From sequence record SRR31156797_3941: a stretch of DNA of 57,362 nt; one strand, written 5' to 3'. Below, one piece after another: positions 20,575 through 30,389 of this stretch. The position numbers and the translations under genes were made by a program. Under the pieces are notes generated by a model. That model saw nothing but the letters and a program-made list of their open reading frames with translations. It was not told the DNA's origin and searched no databases. The first letter of the stretch is position 1. Every line of letters starts with the position of its first letter.

Positions 20575-22431
20575 ATGAACAAAGTCATATCTCTTCTCCG
20601 TTCCAGATTTCTTTTCGCATCCCCGTGGCTGCTCACTGCCGCAGCGGGTTTGCTCATCGTTATTGTTGTCACGTTTGCTTTTCATAATCTAAGACTTGAA
20701 AAACGATTGATGACTAATGCCATGCTCCAAAAAGGAGCCACCTTAATTAAGGCAGTACAGTCTGGGGCGAGGGCATCATATGTATCTGATATAAGGAGAA
20801 ATTTCTGGGAAAGCGATTCATGGTACAGTCATGTACAAAAAGTGATAGATCACCTCATTGAAGACCCGGACATACTTGTAATTACCCTCATGGATGATCA
20901 AGGAAAAATTATTGCCCATAATGATAAAGGACAAGTTGGCACCACCCTGTCAGTTCCCTCTTTCACAAATAACCCTCCACAAATTAATGATGGTTCAAAA
21001 CTTTATTACTCCATTGTCACTGATAAAAGAAAAAAACGCATTTTTAAAACAACACGTGTTTTAAAACCTTTTGTGCCCAAACATGCGCGTCTATCAATGA
21101 CTATGAAACATTCAGGCCATCGTAATTTTTTCATGGACAGAAACAAACGAAGCATGGGGCCGCCCATTATCAATAGGGCACCTGGGGAGAGTGATCTCAA
21201 TAAACCTTTTTTCATTGTTGTCGGTTTGGACATGACAGAATATGACCATACTCTAGGGCGCCTCAGGGTACAGATTTTTATCCTTTCTTTAGCCATGCTT
21301 TTGGTTGGGCTGGCTGGCTGGTTTTCGCTGTCTGTAGTGCAAGGGTACAGAGTTTCGCAAGCAACACTCAATGAAATACAGGCATTTACCACCTTGCTCA
21401 TAACATCGCTCCCAGTTGGTATAATTGCGACAAACCAATCCGGTCGAATTGCAACATGGAACCAGGCGATAGAAAAAATAACCGGTATAAAAGAATCAGA
21501 TGCTGTTGGTAAGATTCCCAGGGAAATACTACATGAAGAATTAGCAGCATTTTTCAGTGATAAAACGCCGAGACCGTCTGCCTCTGCAGACGAAAGAGAG
21601 ATTCAAATTGCTTTTGCAGGCGACATGTACGTCCTCCTTTGCCGCTTGATTCAGATATTTGATAGAGAGCAAAAATATGTGGGTGATGTCCTGCTTGTAT
21701 CAGACATCTCAAAGGTAAAACAGCTAGAACAAAAGATGCGTGAAAGTGAAAAACTAGCAGCCATAGGTAAAATGGCAGGTGGTGTTGCACATGAGGTAAG
21801 AAACCCACTAAGCTCAATTAAGGGGTTGGCTCTCTTACTGAAAAACAAGTTCGTTGCTGGAAGTAAAGAATGTGATACCGCGCAGCTCCTGATCCAGGAA
21901 ACTGAACGTATGAACAGGACTATCACTGAAATGCTTAGTTTTTCGCGGCCGACTTCACTCTGCCTACAAACTGTTGATGTCCATCGGCTGTTGGAAAAAG
22001 AAATAGAGTTAATACAAACAGAAACGCTTGAAAATGATGTTGAGGTGTCACTTGCCGTAACGGAAAACCTTAAGCACGTTAAAGGTGACAAGGACAGGCT
22101 AACCCAATTATTCATGAATATTTTGCTCAACAGTATACAGGCAATGCCTGAAGGGGGAGCAATAACTATTGAAGCTGAAAACAGCGGGTCAGGTGATTTT
22201 GTACAGCTCACAATCTCAGATACCGGAATAGGTATGGAAGAAAGTGTGCTTTCCCAGGCGTTCTATCCTTACTTTACAACTAAACAACAGGGGACAGGAA
22301 TTGGGCTTGCTATTTCGCAAAAAATTATTTTAGACCATAACGGCTCTATTGCCATAGCAAGTAAACCTGGGAAAGGTACGGTTGTTACCGTGCAGTTACC
22401 ATCAGTTGATGGTCCTGATGTTACTGCTTAG
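20575..22431 (+). CDS. Membrane sensor histidine kinase, ZraS/HydH-like, with PAS domain
   Basis: Two TM helices, a PAS domain, H-box AHEVRNPLSSIKG, N-box NILLNSIQA, DTGIG and GTGIGL. Confidence 0.9.
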   Translation: MNKVISLLRSRFLFASPWLLTAAAGLLIVIVVTFAFHNLRLEKRLMTNAMLQKGATLIKAVQSGARASYVSDIRRNFWESDSWYSHVQKVIDHLIEDPDILVITLMDDQGKIIAHNDKGQVGTTLSVPSFTNNPPQINDGSKLYYSIVTDKRKKRIFKTTRVLKPFVPKHARLSMTMKHSGHRNFFMDRNKRSMGPPIINRAPGESDLNKPFFIVVGLDMTEYDHTLGRLRVQIFILSLAMLLVGLAGWFSLSVVQGYRVSQATLNEIQAFTTLLITSLPVGIIATNQSGRIATWNQAIEKITGIKESDAVGKIPREILHEELAAFFSDKTPRPSASADEREIQIAFAGDMYVLLCRLIQIFDREQKYVGDVLLVSDISKVKQLEQKMRESEKLAAIGKMAGGVAHEVRNPLSSIKGLALLLKNKFVAGSKECDTAQLLIQETERMNRTITEMLSFSRPTSLCLQTVDVHRLLEKEIELIQTETLENDVEVSLAVTENLKHVKGDKDRLTQLFMNILLNSIQAMPEGGAITIEAENSGSGDFVQLTISDTGIGMEESVLSQAFYPYFTTKQQGTGIGLAISQKIILDHNGSIAIASKPGKGTVVTVQLPSVDGPDVTA

Positions 22432-22481
22432 ACGCCTGAGCTTCCTTGAAAATAATAAGACAATTTGGAGTGAAAATTGTT

Positions 22482-22682
22482 TTAAGTGTTGCAAGAGGCT
22501 GATTTTGAAAAGTTTTTATCCAAAAAGGCGCAATCTGCCGGGGAAAGATCAAAACGAATTTCAGCCTCCTGCAGAAGCTGTTCTCTACCTGCGCCTGGTT
22601 TTTGCTCCTGAGCTTCACTTAACCAGACCAGAGCCTTTTTAATTTTATCGGACCTGGAGTATAACGAGTTATTATTATTCAT
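22482..22682 (-). CDS. Small hypothetical protein (66 aa)
   Basis: ATG at 22682 follows AAGGT. KIKKALVWLSE...EAEIRFDLSPADCAFL resembles a small Desulfobacterota family (from memory, unverified). Confidence 0.65.
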   Translation of the reverse strand: MNNNNSLYSRSDKIKKALVWLSEAQEQKPGAGREQLLQEAEIRFDLSPADCAFLDKNFSKSASCNT

Positions 22683-22787
22683 ATTGATTACCTTAAAAAT
22701 TATAGTTTGATACTTTTTGTTTCTGAGTCTTAGCATACAATACAACAAAATCCTCATTTTTCGACAAACCCTAGTTAACTCAATTAA

Positions 22788-22822
22788 CACCCTTGACTGT
22801 TCGAACCCAAGGGTGCTAGGAT
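22788..22822 (+). promoter_or_regulatory. Putative sigma-70 promoter of the yqgE run, overlapped by an 8-bp inverted repeat
   Basis: TTGACT-18 nt-TAGGAT; CACCCTTG...CAAGGGTG inverted repeat. Confidence 0.4.
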
Positions 22823-22852
22823 TTCTTTAAAAGAACCTTAATCAGAGATACC

Positions 22853-23404
22853 ATGGAAAGTTTAGCCGGTCATTTTCTCATATCCACTCCACAGATGCCT
22901 GATCCCCGTTTTAAAAAACAGGTTATATACATGTGCGCTCATAATGAAGAAGGAGCTATGGGACTCGTGATCAATAACCCCAACGACGAAATTAGCCTGC
23001 TGGAAGTATTCCATGGTGCCAATCTGCCTATACCCGAAGGACCTTTACCTTCCGTGTACATAGGAGGACCGGTTGAAATGGATGCTGGGTTTATTTTATA
23101 TGAGACAAAACAAGAAGATCCCTTTTCGCTGGCAGTTACACCTGAGGTCGCTCTTTCTCGTGACACGCGCTTGCTGGAAGACATCAGCCTTGGTGTCGGC
23201 CCGCAGGAATATCTCTTTTTCCTGGGATACGCTGGTTGGGGTGCAGGACAGCTCGAAAGAGAGTTGCTTGATAATGGATGGCTAACAGTTCCTGGTAATA
23301 TTGACGTTATTTTTCATACCCCTAATGATAAAAAGTGGAAAAAAGCTGCCGCACGATTAGGCATCGACATTTCCATACTAGGTGATACTATAGGCTCGGC
23401 CTGA
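22853..23404 (+). CDS. YqgE/AlgH family protein (UPF0301)
   Basis: MPDPRF..VIYMCAHNEEGAMGLVIN, GGPV and LGYAGWGAGQLERE..NGWL. Confidence 0.93.
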   Translation: MESLAGHFLISTPQMPDPRFKKQVIYMCAHNEEGAMGLVINNPNDEISLLEVFHGANLPIPEGPLPSVYIGGPVEMDAGFILYETKQEDPFSLAVTPEVALSRDTRLLEDISLGVGPQEYLFFLGYAGWGAGQLERELLDNGWLTVPGNIDVIFHTPNDKKWKKAAARLGIDISILGDTIGSA

Positions 23405-23469
23405 AACAACATAAACTCTTTCTTCCTCAGCGCCGTGCTTTGCCACCGGTGCTCTTTTTTTTTACAGCT

Positions 23470-23898
23470 ATGCAAAATAAAAATACAGATACCTCAGAAA
23501 ATATTTTTCAGTGTACCCGGTGTGGCTTTTGCTGCCACGGTGAAACAACTGTTTCTTTAACCCCGTTTGACCAGCAGCGAATGGCTGCAGCACTTGGTAT
23601 GTCAGTTAAGGAGGTAGAAGGAACATACTGGCGAGTTACCGGCAATGTGGTGCAGATGAAGGTTGTTGACGGGCACTGTATTTTTTATAATTCCGACCTG
23701 AAGGGGTGCGCTGTCCATGACGGCAGGCCTGAGCGTTGCCGCGAATGGCCGCTGCACCCAAGCATGCTTTTTGATAAAAACAATTACATAACTATCGTCG
23801 AGTCGTGCCCAGGGCTTAACCGTGACTTGAGCTATGAGGATTTTTGCACCAAATTAAAGGCAGCCCTGGAAGACAAAAAACAAGATAGCCAACCATGA
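23470..23898 (+). CDS. YkgJ family CxxCxxCC cysteine-cluster protein
   Basis: FQCTRCGFCC, CIFY...CAVHDGRPERCREWP and CPG. Confidence 0.88.
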   Translation: MQNKNTDTSENIFQCTRCGFCCHGETTVSLTPFDQQRMAAALGMSVKEVEGTYWRVTGNVVQMKVVDGHCIFYNSDLKGCAVHDGRPERCREWPLHPSMLFDKNNYITIVESCPGLNRDLSYEDFCTKLKAALEDKKQDSQP

Positions 23899-24368
23899 AG
23901 TTTGTCCTTCCCTTTATGGGAAAAACCAAAAAAGGGTATCTCGATGAGGGGATTCGTGACTATGCTGATCGACTCAGCCACTTTGCTCAGGTCGATATTC
24001 CTGTTCTCAAAGATAAAAGTGCCAAAAAAACACCAGATGATAAAATAAAACTCCTTGAAGCAGACCAGTTGCTGGGTAAAATTGACCAATATAAAAAAGG
24101 GGTGATTGTCGCTTTGGATCCTCAGGGTAAGATGGTTGATTCGGAAAAACTGGCAGCTCTTCTCGTTCGGTGGCAGGATAGAGGCATTGAAACGGCAACT
24201 TTTCTCATTGGTGGGCACTTGGGTTTGCACCAATCAGTTCTTGACCGCGCCGACGAGGTGCTTTCCCTCTCAAAACTCACCTTTACCCATGAGATGACTC
24301 GCATGATTCTGCTTGAGCAACTCTATAGGGCATGCACCATCCAGGCTGGGCATAAATATCACAAATAG
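23895..24368 (+). CDS. rlmH: 23S rRNA pseudouridine-1915 N3-methyltransferase RlmH
   Basis: SPOUT motifs FLIGGHLG and LSLSKLTFTHEMTRMILLEQLYRA..I..GHKYH. Confidence 0.95.
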   Translation: MKFVLPFMGKTKKGYLDEGIRDYADRLSHFAQVDIPVLKDKSAKKTPDDKIKLLEADQLLGKIDQYKKGVIVALDPQGKMVDSEKLAALLVRWQDRGIETATFLIGGHLGLHQSVLDRADEVLSLSKLTFTHEMTRMILLEQLYRACTIQAGHKYHK

Positions 24369-24546
24369 CAGGTGTCTTGAATAGGGGTCGATTTTTCTTG
24401 TTTTTTTGTCAGTCAAATTAAAAAGTTAAATCTTGCTCTGATCTGGTAATTTTTATACAATCTTTTTAAGAGAATAATTCCAGGTACTGATAAGTTCCTC
24501 CTTGGTGATGCATGAACCACCTTAGCTATTACTTACTATAATTATT

Positions 24547-25053
24547 GTGTCATTAGCTAACCCCATAACCACACAACCAGTTACGCTCAAGCAATTGAAG
24601 TTTTTTGCTGAAAAGCTATCATCTCTGTTTGAAGCAGGGGATACGCTTTTGCTGGAAGGGGGACTAGGTGCAGGCAAGACTACTCTAGTACAGCTCATCG
24701 CCAACAACCTTGAAATTGGAGATGATCAATATGTCTCCAGCCCATCATTTTCCCTGCTGCATGAATATTCAGGAACTCTCCAGGTATTTCATATGGACCT
24801 CTATCGACTTACAGGCGAAGATGATGTCGAGGCTGCAGGGTTACTGGATTATTTAGCGCACCAGGGCCTCTGTCTCATTGAATGGCCGGAAAGACTTGGA
24901 GCTGCAAAACCAAACAACTATCTCCAGATAGAAATTGGTATCCCTGACAGTGAGCATCGTACGCTCACCCTCAGTGCCTGTGGATCAAGGTGGAAGCAGC
25001 GTCTCAAGAGCCTTGCCCTCCTCGTCGACCATGTAAACGAACACGTTTTATAA
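24547..25053 (+). CDS. tsaE: tRNA threonylcarbamoyladenosine biosynthesis ATPase TsaE
   Basis: LEGGLGAGKTT, VSSPSFSL, HMDLYRL and LIEWPE. Confidence 0.94.
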   Translation: MSLANPITTQPVTLKQLKFFAEKLSSLFEAGDTLLLEGGLGAGKTTLVQLIANNLEIGDDQYVSSPSFSLLHEYSGTLQVFHMDLYRLTGEDDVEAAGLLDYLAHQGLCLIEWPERLGAAKPNNYLQIEIGIPDSEHRTLTLSACGSRWKQRLKSLALLVDHVNEHVL

Positions 25054-26267
25054 TGGATATTTACCTGGCCCGACAACCAATTTTTAATCGTAAAAAACAA
25101 CTCTATGGCTACGAAATTTTATACAGGGGAGACGTCAATAACTATTTCCCACAAAAAATAGACGGGGAAGTCGCAACCAGTACTGTAGTTGCCCATGCGT
25201 TGTTTAATATCGGTCTGGAAGGCTTAACAAGTGGTAAAAAAGCTCTGATTAATTTTACCGAAAAACATCTTTTGGCGGGCACTCCATCCCAGCTGCCAAA
25301 AGAGAGATGCATAGTTGAAATCCTGGAAGAAGTAACGCCTACCAGTTCTATATTGGATGCCTGCCGAGACCTGAAGAAGGCAGGATACAGACTGGCTTTG
25401 GACGATTACATTTTTGACAAAGCCCATGCACCTCTGCTAGACGTTGTGGATATTGTCAAAGTAGATTGCCAAGCCCTTTCTCTTGGCGAAATTCAAGATA
25501 ACTTCAAACACTTTCGAGCTGGTCGTTCCTTTGAGCTGATTGCGGAAAAGATTGAGACCCATCAGGAATTTGCGCAATGCCATGATATGGGGTTTGATTA
25601 TTTTCAGGGCTTTTTCTTCAGTAAACCTGAAATAATAAAAAAGCAAAAACTCGATATAAGCAAGGTTACGCTTTTGGGACTCATTGCTGAGGTGAATCGT
25701 ACTGATTTCAGTTTTTCCCGAGTAGAAAAAATGATTACCGCAGATGTTGCTCTCTCTTATAAACTGCTTCGTTATATAAACTCAGCGTACTATTCACTGG
25801 TGTCCAAAGTCAAATCAATTCGTCATGCCCTGACCTATCTGGGAGAATCCGGAGCCCGTCAATTTGTTTGCCTGGCAGTTGCGTCTGAATTAGCGGTACA
25901 GAAGACGCCTGAACTGACAAAGGTTTCCATTATTCGAGCTCAGTTGTGTAAATTACTTGCCCAAAAAGGCGACGGAGGGTATGACGAATCACAGGCTTTT
26001 TTGGTAGGACTGTTTTCCATGCTTGATGCCATGTTGGACATCTCCATGCAGGAACTCATAATTAAAATTCCACTTGCTCAAGATCTTACCCATGCCCTCA
26101 ATGAGAGAAAAGGGCCTCTGGCGCATTTTTTGCTCGCTGTAGAAGCCTATGAACAGGGTAAGATTGACATTTGTGAACAAGAGTTGGCCTTGGTCGGTGT
26201 GACTCCTGAAGAAATGGTCAGTTCATATTTTGAAGCACTCCGGTGGGCAGACCTTTTAAACGATTAA
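25053..26267 (+). CDS. EAL and HDOD domain protein (YuxH/PdeH-like c-di-GMP phosphodiesterase)
   Basis: ARQPI, GYEILYR, LALDDY, AEKIET and FQGFFF, followed by HDOD LSYKLLRYINSA and FLVGLFSMLDA; TAATG coupling to tsaE. Confidence 0.9.
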   Translation: MDIYLARQPIFNRKKQLYGYEILYRGDVNNYFPQKIDGEVATSTVVAHALFNIGLEGLTSGKKALINFTEKHLLAGTPSQLPKERCIVEILEEVTPTSSILDACRDLKKAGYRLALDDYIFDKAHAPLLDVVDIVKVDCQALSLGEIQDNFKHFRAGRSFELIAEKIETHQEFAQCHDMGFDYFQGFFFSKPEIIKKQKLDISKVTLLGLIAEVNRTDFSFSRVEKMITADVALSYKLLRYINSAYYSLVSKVKSIRHALTYLGESGARQFVCLAVASELAVQKTPELTKVSIIRAQLCKLLAQKGDGGYDESQAFLVGLFSMLDAMLDISMQELIIKIPLAQDLTHALNERKGPLAHFLLAVEAYEQGKIDICEQELALVGVTPEEMVSSYFEALRWADLLND

Positions 26268-26334
26268 GAATACGTTTTACCCGCAAAAAAACATTACCCG
26301 CCTATCTTCTTAGACAACCACATTTCTAAAATAC

Positions 26335-28086
26335 ATGAATATTAAAAAATTTTCCCTGCAGTCATGCAGAAAAGAATACACCTATGATCAGGATAAGGCC
26401 TGTTCCCCAACAGAAACCGTACAACGCTTTCACCAGCGACTTAAAGCCACCAGGCTCGACATCTTAAAAGAGGTGAAGCGAATAGACAATGGGCGGTTGG
26501 ATATTCCCGTCTACTTCAGCGTTTGCGGCACCGATGCTGAAAAAATGATTGGCAACAAAAAACAGATGGGCAAAGGATCCACCCCTGAACAATCACAGGC
26601 AAGTGCCTGTATGGAACTCGGTGAAAGATTTTCTTTTTTTAGTTTTGTGCAAAACCATGATAACTTTTTGGTAGGCGACTATAAAGCCATGGAAGAGGCT
26701 GGTCACTCAGTCTTGCCATTGCATATCCTTCTCCAATCAGTACATGACGACAGCTTGGAACCAACAGTTTTAAGAGAGCTGCTTGCAGGTCTTCCAATGC
26801 TCTGGACCTGGGCAACCCGCCTATCCGACATGGAATCAATTCTGATCCCTTTCAGCTGGTTTTATGCCATCAACGAATTTAACGGACCTTCCGCTGGTAA
26901 CACTTACGAAGAAGCCGTAATGCAGGGTATTTGTGAAATTATCGAGCGACACGTTTGTGCCGTCATTACCAGGGATAAGGTCTCAACGCCGTCCATAGAT
27001 CTCGATTCTATAACCGATCCAGTGGCTGTAGATTTAATTAAAAAATTCAGAGCCAATAATATAGAGCTCTGTCTCAGCGATTTTTCTTTGGACACAGGGA
27101 TTCCGACTATCGGCGCAGTTGCTTGGGATCCGCAAACCTTTCCTGAAAAAAGTGAAATTGTCTATACTGCAGGAACGACACCGGATGCAAACAAGGCTGT
27201 AATACGCGCCCTGACAGAAGTTGCTCAATTAGCAGGAGACTTTAACAGCGGTTCTAATTATGTAGCCAGCGGCCTCCCCAAACCCCTGCAGCTTAACGAG
27301 GTGGACCATGTACTTAAGGGCACGCAAATAGGTATTGGTGAAATAGCTGATGTCGATGATGCTGATATGTACCAGGAAGTCAAAAACTGTATTGCTGCTG
27401 TCCAGAAAATGGACACAGATATCTACGTCATTGATACCACCCATCCCGAGTTGCAAATCCCTGCCTTATATACCATTATCCCCGGTGCTCATTTTCGTGA
27501 AAGAGCCATGGGGGGCAATGGGGCAATGTTTGCGGCAAAGCTTGCTTCTCAGCTTCTGGAAGCCGAGAGGCTGACACATAAACTGATTGAGATGGAACAG
27601 GCATTGCCGACAGCCTATTACCTCAAGTTTTATCTAGGGAGGGATGCCTACGAGAACGGCGACCTCATCCAGGCGCTTGAAAATTTTGATAAAGCACTGG
27701 GACTTGATCCCAATGAGGAGGACATTCCTTACATTTTTTCCTACAAGGGAAGTTGCCTGAGGGATATGGGACTTTATACAGAGGCAATAGCCGCCTTGGA
27801 GCAGGGGCTTGCAGTAGATGAAGAAAGGCCGGACATACATAATATCATTGGTGTCTGCTTTTACAAATGCGTCCAGTATGATCAGGCAGTCCACCATTTT
27901 CGCAGGGCAGTGGAGCTTAATCCTGTATCGGCCATTGATTATGCTAATCTGGCACTGAATCTGGAAAAAACAGGACAGCGGCAAGAAGCGATAGAACAAT
28001 ACCAAATCGCGCTGGGTCAGGATCCCACCATTGAGTTTGCAATGCAGCGATTGGAAAAACTGCTTCAAGAATCAAAAGAGGCTTAA
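26335..28086 (+). CDS. YcaO-family protein with C-terminal TPR repeats
   Basis: YcaO motifs GKG..QSQASACMELGER, NGPSAGNTYEEAVMQGICEIIERH and RALTEVAQ; about four TPRs at the C-terminus. Confidence 0.9.
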   Translation: MNIKKFSLQSCRKEYTYDQDKACSPTETVQRFHQRLKATRLDILKEVKRIDNGRLDIPVYFSVCGTDAEKMIGNKKQMGKGSTPEQSQASACMELGERFSFFSFVQNHDNFLVGDYKAMEEAGHSVLPLHILLQSVHDDSLEPTVLRELLAGLPMLWTWATRLSDMESILIPFSWFYAINEFNGPSAGNTYEEAVMQGICEIIERHVCAVITRDKVSTPSIDLDSITDPVAVDLIKKFRANNIELCLSDFSLDTGIPTIGAVAWDPQTFPEKSEIVYTAGTTPDANKAVIRALTEVAQLAGDFNSGSNYVASGLPKPLQLNEVDHVLKGTQIGIGEIADVDDADMYQEVKNCIAAVQKMDTDIYVIDTTHPELQIPALYTIIPGAHFRERAMGGNGAMFAAKLASQLLEAERLTHKLIEMEQALPTAYYLKFYLGRDAYENGDLIQALENFDKALGLDPNEEDIPYIFSYKGSCLRDMGLYTEAIAALEQGLAVDEERPDIHNIIGVCFYKCVQYDQAVHHFRRAVELNPVSAIDYANLALNLEKTGQRQEAIEQYQIALGQDPTIEFAMQRLEKLLQESKEA

Positions 28087-28089
28087 TCC

Positions 28090-29148
28090 TTGAATTGTTC
28101 TCTGCCCAATAATCCTCGTAAAATTCTCATCCGCTCAACTAACTGGATTGGGGATGCTGTTATGACAACCCCGGCGGTACGGACGATACGCGAGAACTTT
28201 CCTGAAACTCAGATCTCGATCCTTGTTCTTCCCTGGGTGAGTGACATATTCCGCTTTAGCCCACGGGTTGATTCCATCATCACCTACGACAAGAAGGGAC
28301 GCCACCAGGGACTTGCAGGTAAGTGGAGACTGGCTAGGGAACTCAGAGCCCAAAATTTTGATTGTGCCATATTGCTGCAGAATGCCTTTGAAGCAGCTTT
28401 CATTGCTACGCTTGCGCGGATACCCTGCCGGGGAGGCTATACAACCGATGCTCGCGGACCTCTTCTTTCTCATAAGGTACGGAAAAACAAGGGCATAAAT
28501 AAAAAACATCAGGTGTATTATTACCAGGAAATGGTACAGGGGCTAGGACTGCAGCCCGGTGATGATGCACTTGAGCTCTATATCCCGCATACCCTTCAGC
28601 AAACCACCAGAGAACAACTCCATTCTGCCACCAAAGGCAGTATTGAAAATAGTCCGCTAATTGGATTTAATCCAGGCGCAGCCTATGGACCTGCAAAGAG
28701 ATGGCCAGCTCAAAAATACGCCGATTTAGCTCGCTCCATCTGCAGCGACCGCGATGCCTATATAGCAGTGTTTGGCACAGCAGCAGATAACGAAGCGGCA
28801 CAGTGTATTAAACAGAATGTCCCAGACCCGGACAAAGTTCTCGACTACACAGGAAAAACTAATCTTGTCGAGGCCATGGCGCTGATAGAGCAGTGCAATG
28901 TGTTTGTCACTAATGATTCCGGCCTCATGCACGTGGCAGCAGCTCTTAACGTGCCGCTTGCCGCAATCTTTGGCTCTACCGATCACATTGCCACCGGTCC
29001 TTTTTCAGACAACAGTGTTATCATTAGAAAACCATTGCCCTGCAGCCCCTGCAAACAGACCCATTGTCCGGAAAAACATCTCCGTTGCCTTGAACAAATT
29101 AAGACAGAAGAAGTTTTTACAGCTGTCACCAACTTATTGCACCAATAA
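28090..29148 (+). CDS. waaF: ADP-heptose:LPS heptosyltransferase II
   Basis: NWIGDAVM, NPGAAYGPAKRWP and VTNDSGLMHVAAA (GT9 family). Confidence 0.92.
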   Translation: MNCSLPNNPRKILIRSTNWIGDAVMTTPAVRTIRENFPETQISILVLPWVSDIFRFSPRVDSIITYDKKGRHQGLAGKWRLARELRAQNFDCAILLQNAFEAAFIATLARIPCRGGYTTDARGPLLSHKVRKNKGINKKHQVYYYQEMVQGLGLQPGDDALELYIPHTLQQTTREQLHSATKGSIENSPLIGFNPGAAYGPAKRWPAQKYADLARSICSDRDAYIAVFGTAADNEAAQCIKQNVPDPDKVLDYTGKTNLVEAMALIEQCNVFVTNDSGLMHVAAALNVPLAAIFGSTDHIATGPFSDNSVIIRKPLPCSPCKQTHCPEKHLRCLEQIKTEEVFTAVTNLLHQ

Positions 29149-29158
29149 GGTCACCACC

Positions 29159-29746
29159 ATGCCTGAAACATTGCGCCCTGCTGTTTTCCTCGATCGCGAC
29201 GGTACCATCAATGAACAGATGGGATATATCAACCATATTTCGAGGTTCCAGCTTCTACCCGGTATTGAGGATGCAATCCGTCGTTTGAATGAGATGAACA
29301 TTCCGGTGATAGTGGTCACTAACCAGTCAGGTCTTGCAAGGGGATATTTTCCAGCCTCCCTCCTTGACCAAGTACACCAAAAGATGGAAAGACAACTGGC
29401 TGCCGCCGGTGCCCATGTGGACGGTATTTATATCTGTCCACACCATCCGGAGGCAAAAGAAGAAAAATATCGTATCGCCTGCAACTGCCGAAAACCCAAA
29501 ACCGGTCTTCTTGAGCAAGCAGCCGTTGAATTAAAAATAGACCTTACAGCTTCTTTTGTTGTGGGGGACAGGTGGTCGGATATACGCTGCGGGAAAGCTG
29601 TGGGAGCCAAATCTATATTGGTTCTTACTGGATATGGCAGGGGAGATGCAGAATATATTGGCCCGAACATGACCATACAACCAGACCATACAGCAGAAAG
29701 CCTGCATTATGCCGTCGATTGGATAGTGGAACATCTCCAGCGGTGA
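29159..29746 (+). CDS. gmhB: D-glycero-D-manno-heptose 1,7-bisphosphate phosphatase (HAD family)
   Basis: FLDRDGTIN, VTNQSG, ICPHHP...CNCRKP and VGDRWSD; ATG at 29159. Confidence 0.93.
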   Translation: MPETLRPAVFLDRDGTINEQMGYINHISRFQLLPGIEDAIRRLNEMNIPVIVVTNQSGLARGYFPASLLDQVHQKMERQLAAAGAHVDGIYICPHHPEAKEEKYRIACNCRKPKTGLLEQAAVELKIDLTASFVVGDRWSDIRCGKAVGAKSILVLTGYGRGDAEYIGPNMTIQPDHTAESLHYAVDWIVEHLQR

Positions 29747-29772
29747 TTATGTTTCACGTACCATGGGAAATT

Positions 29773-29802
29773 CCTCAACAGCAAAAGGGTTTGCTGTTGA
29801 GG
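29773..29802. terminator. Hairpin between convergent gmhB and pilZ, probable terminator
   Basis: Perfect 13-bp stem CCTCAACAGCAAA-AGGG-TTTGCTGTTGAGG. Confidence 0.75.
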
Positions 29803-30240
29803 TTAACGTTTGTTCAGGCGCGCAAGACTATCTATAAATTCAGCACCCACTCGCATCCCTGCCAAGCTTCTCAGTCGAATTTTCCGTTGAATAGCAGCCC
29901 CTGAAGCTGAACGATATTTTAGAGTTAGTTCCTGGCCAATACGCATCCTTCTCGTCTGTCCTGCCCTGACATTAAAACCGATACCCGCAAGAGAAACATC
30001 ACAGAGCCGCACCCGCAATTCGTTATGGGGTCCGATAGTTACTATTGCATGACCACTTAAGGACTCACGCACGAAACCGCGGTGGTTAAGTATATAACTA
30101 GTAACTTTTCCGCATTTACAGCGAACTGGTTTACGGCGCGATGAAGAGGAAACAGGCACATACCTGATAGATTTACAACGGCTGCAAACAACTCGAATCC
30201 GGCCGCCTTTAACATCACAATTTTGCGTTCTTCCTGCCAT
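29803..30240 (-). CDS. Zn-ribbon plus PilZ domain protein (putative c-di-GMP effector)
   Basis: CSRC...RCKCG, then RGFVR (RxxxR), DVSLAG (DxSxxG) and VGAEF; RBS GAGGA. Confidence 0.8.
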   Translation of the reverse strand: MAGRTQNCDVKGGRIRVVCSRCKSIRYVPVSSSSRRKPVRCKCGKVTSYILNHRGFVRESLSGHAIVTIGPHNELRVRLCDVSLAGIGFNVRAGQTRRMRIGQELTLKYRSASGAAIQRKIRLRSLAGMRVGAEFIDSLARLNKR

Positions 30241-30389
30241 AGTATCCTCGTGTGAGACAGTCGCTGGTGGCACAATAATACCAAAGCTGCTTTTTTACAT
30301 ACAGCCAGCTCTCTAGCGGATCTGTTTTAAAAGTATACCAGACCAATTATAAGCTGGAAATATATTCGACTATAGTATTTAATTATAAT

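Noticed and set aside
29750-29765. TGTTTCACGTACCATG as a parS site
   Set aside because: Only the left 10 bp match TGTTTCACGTGAAACA; the palindrome is broken.
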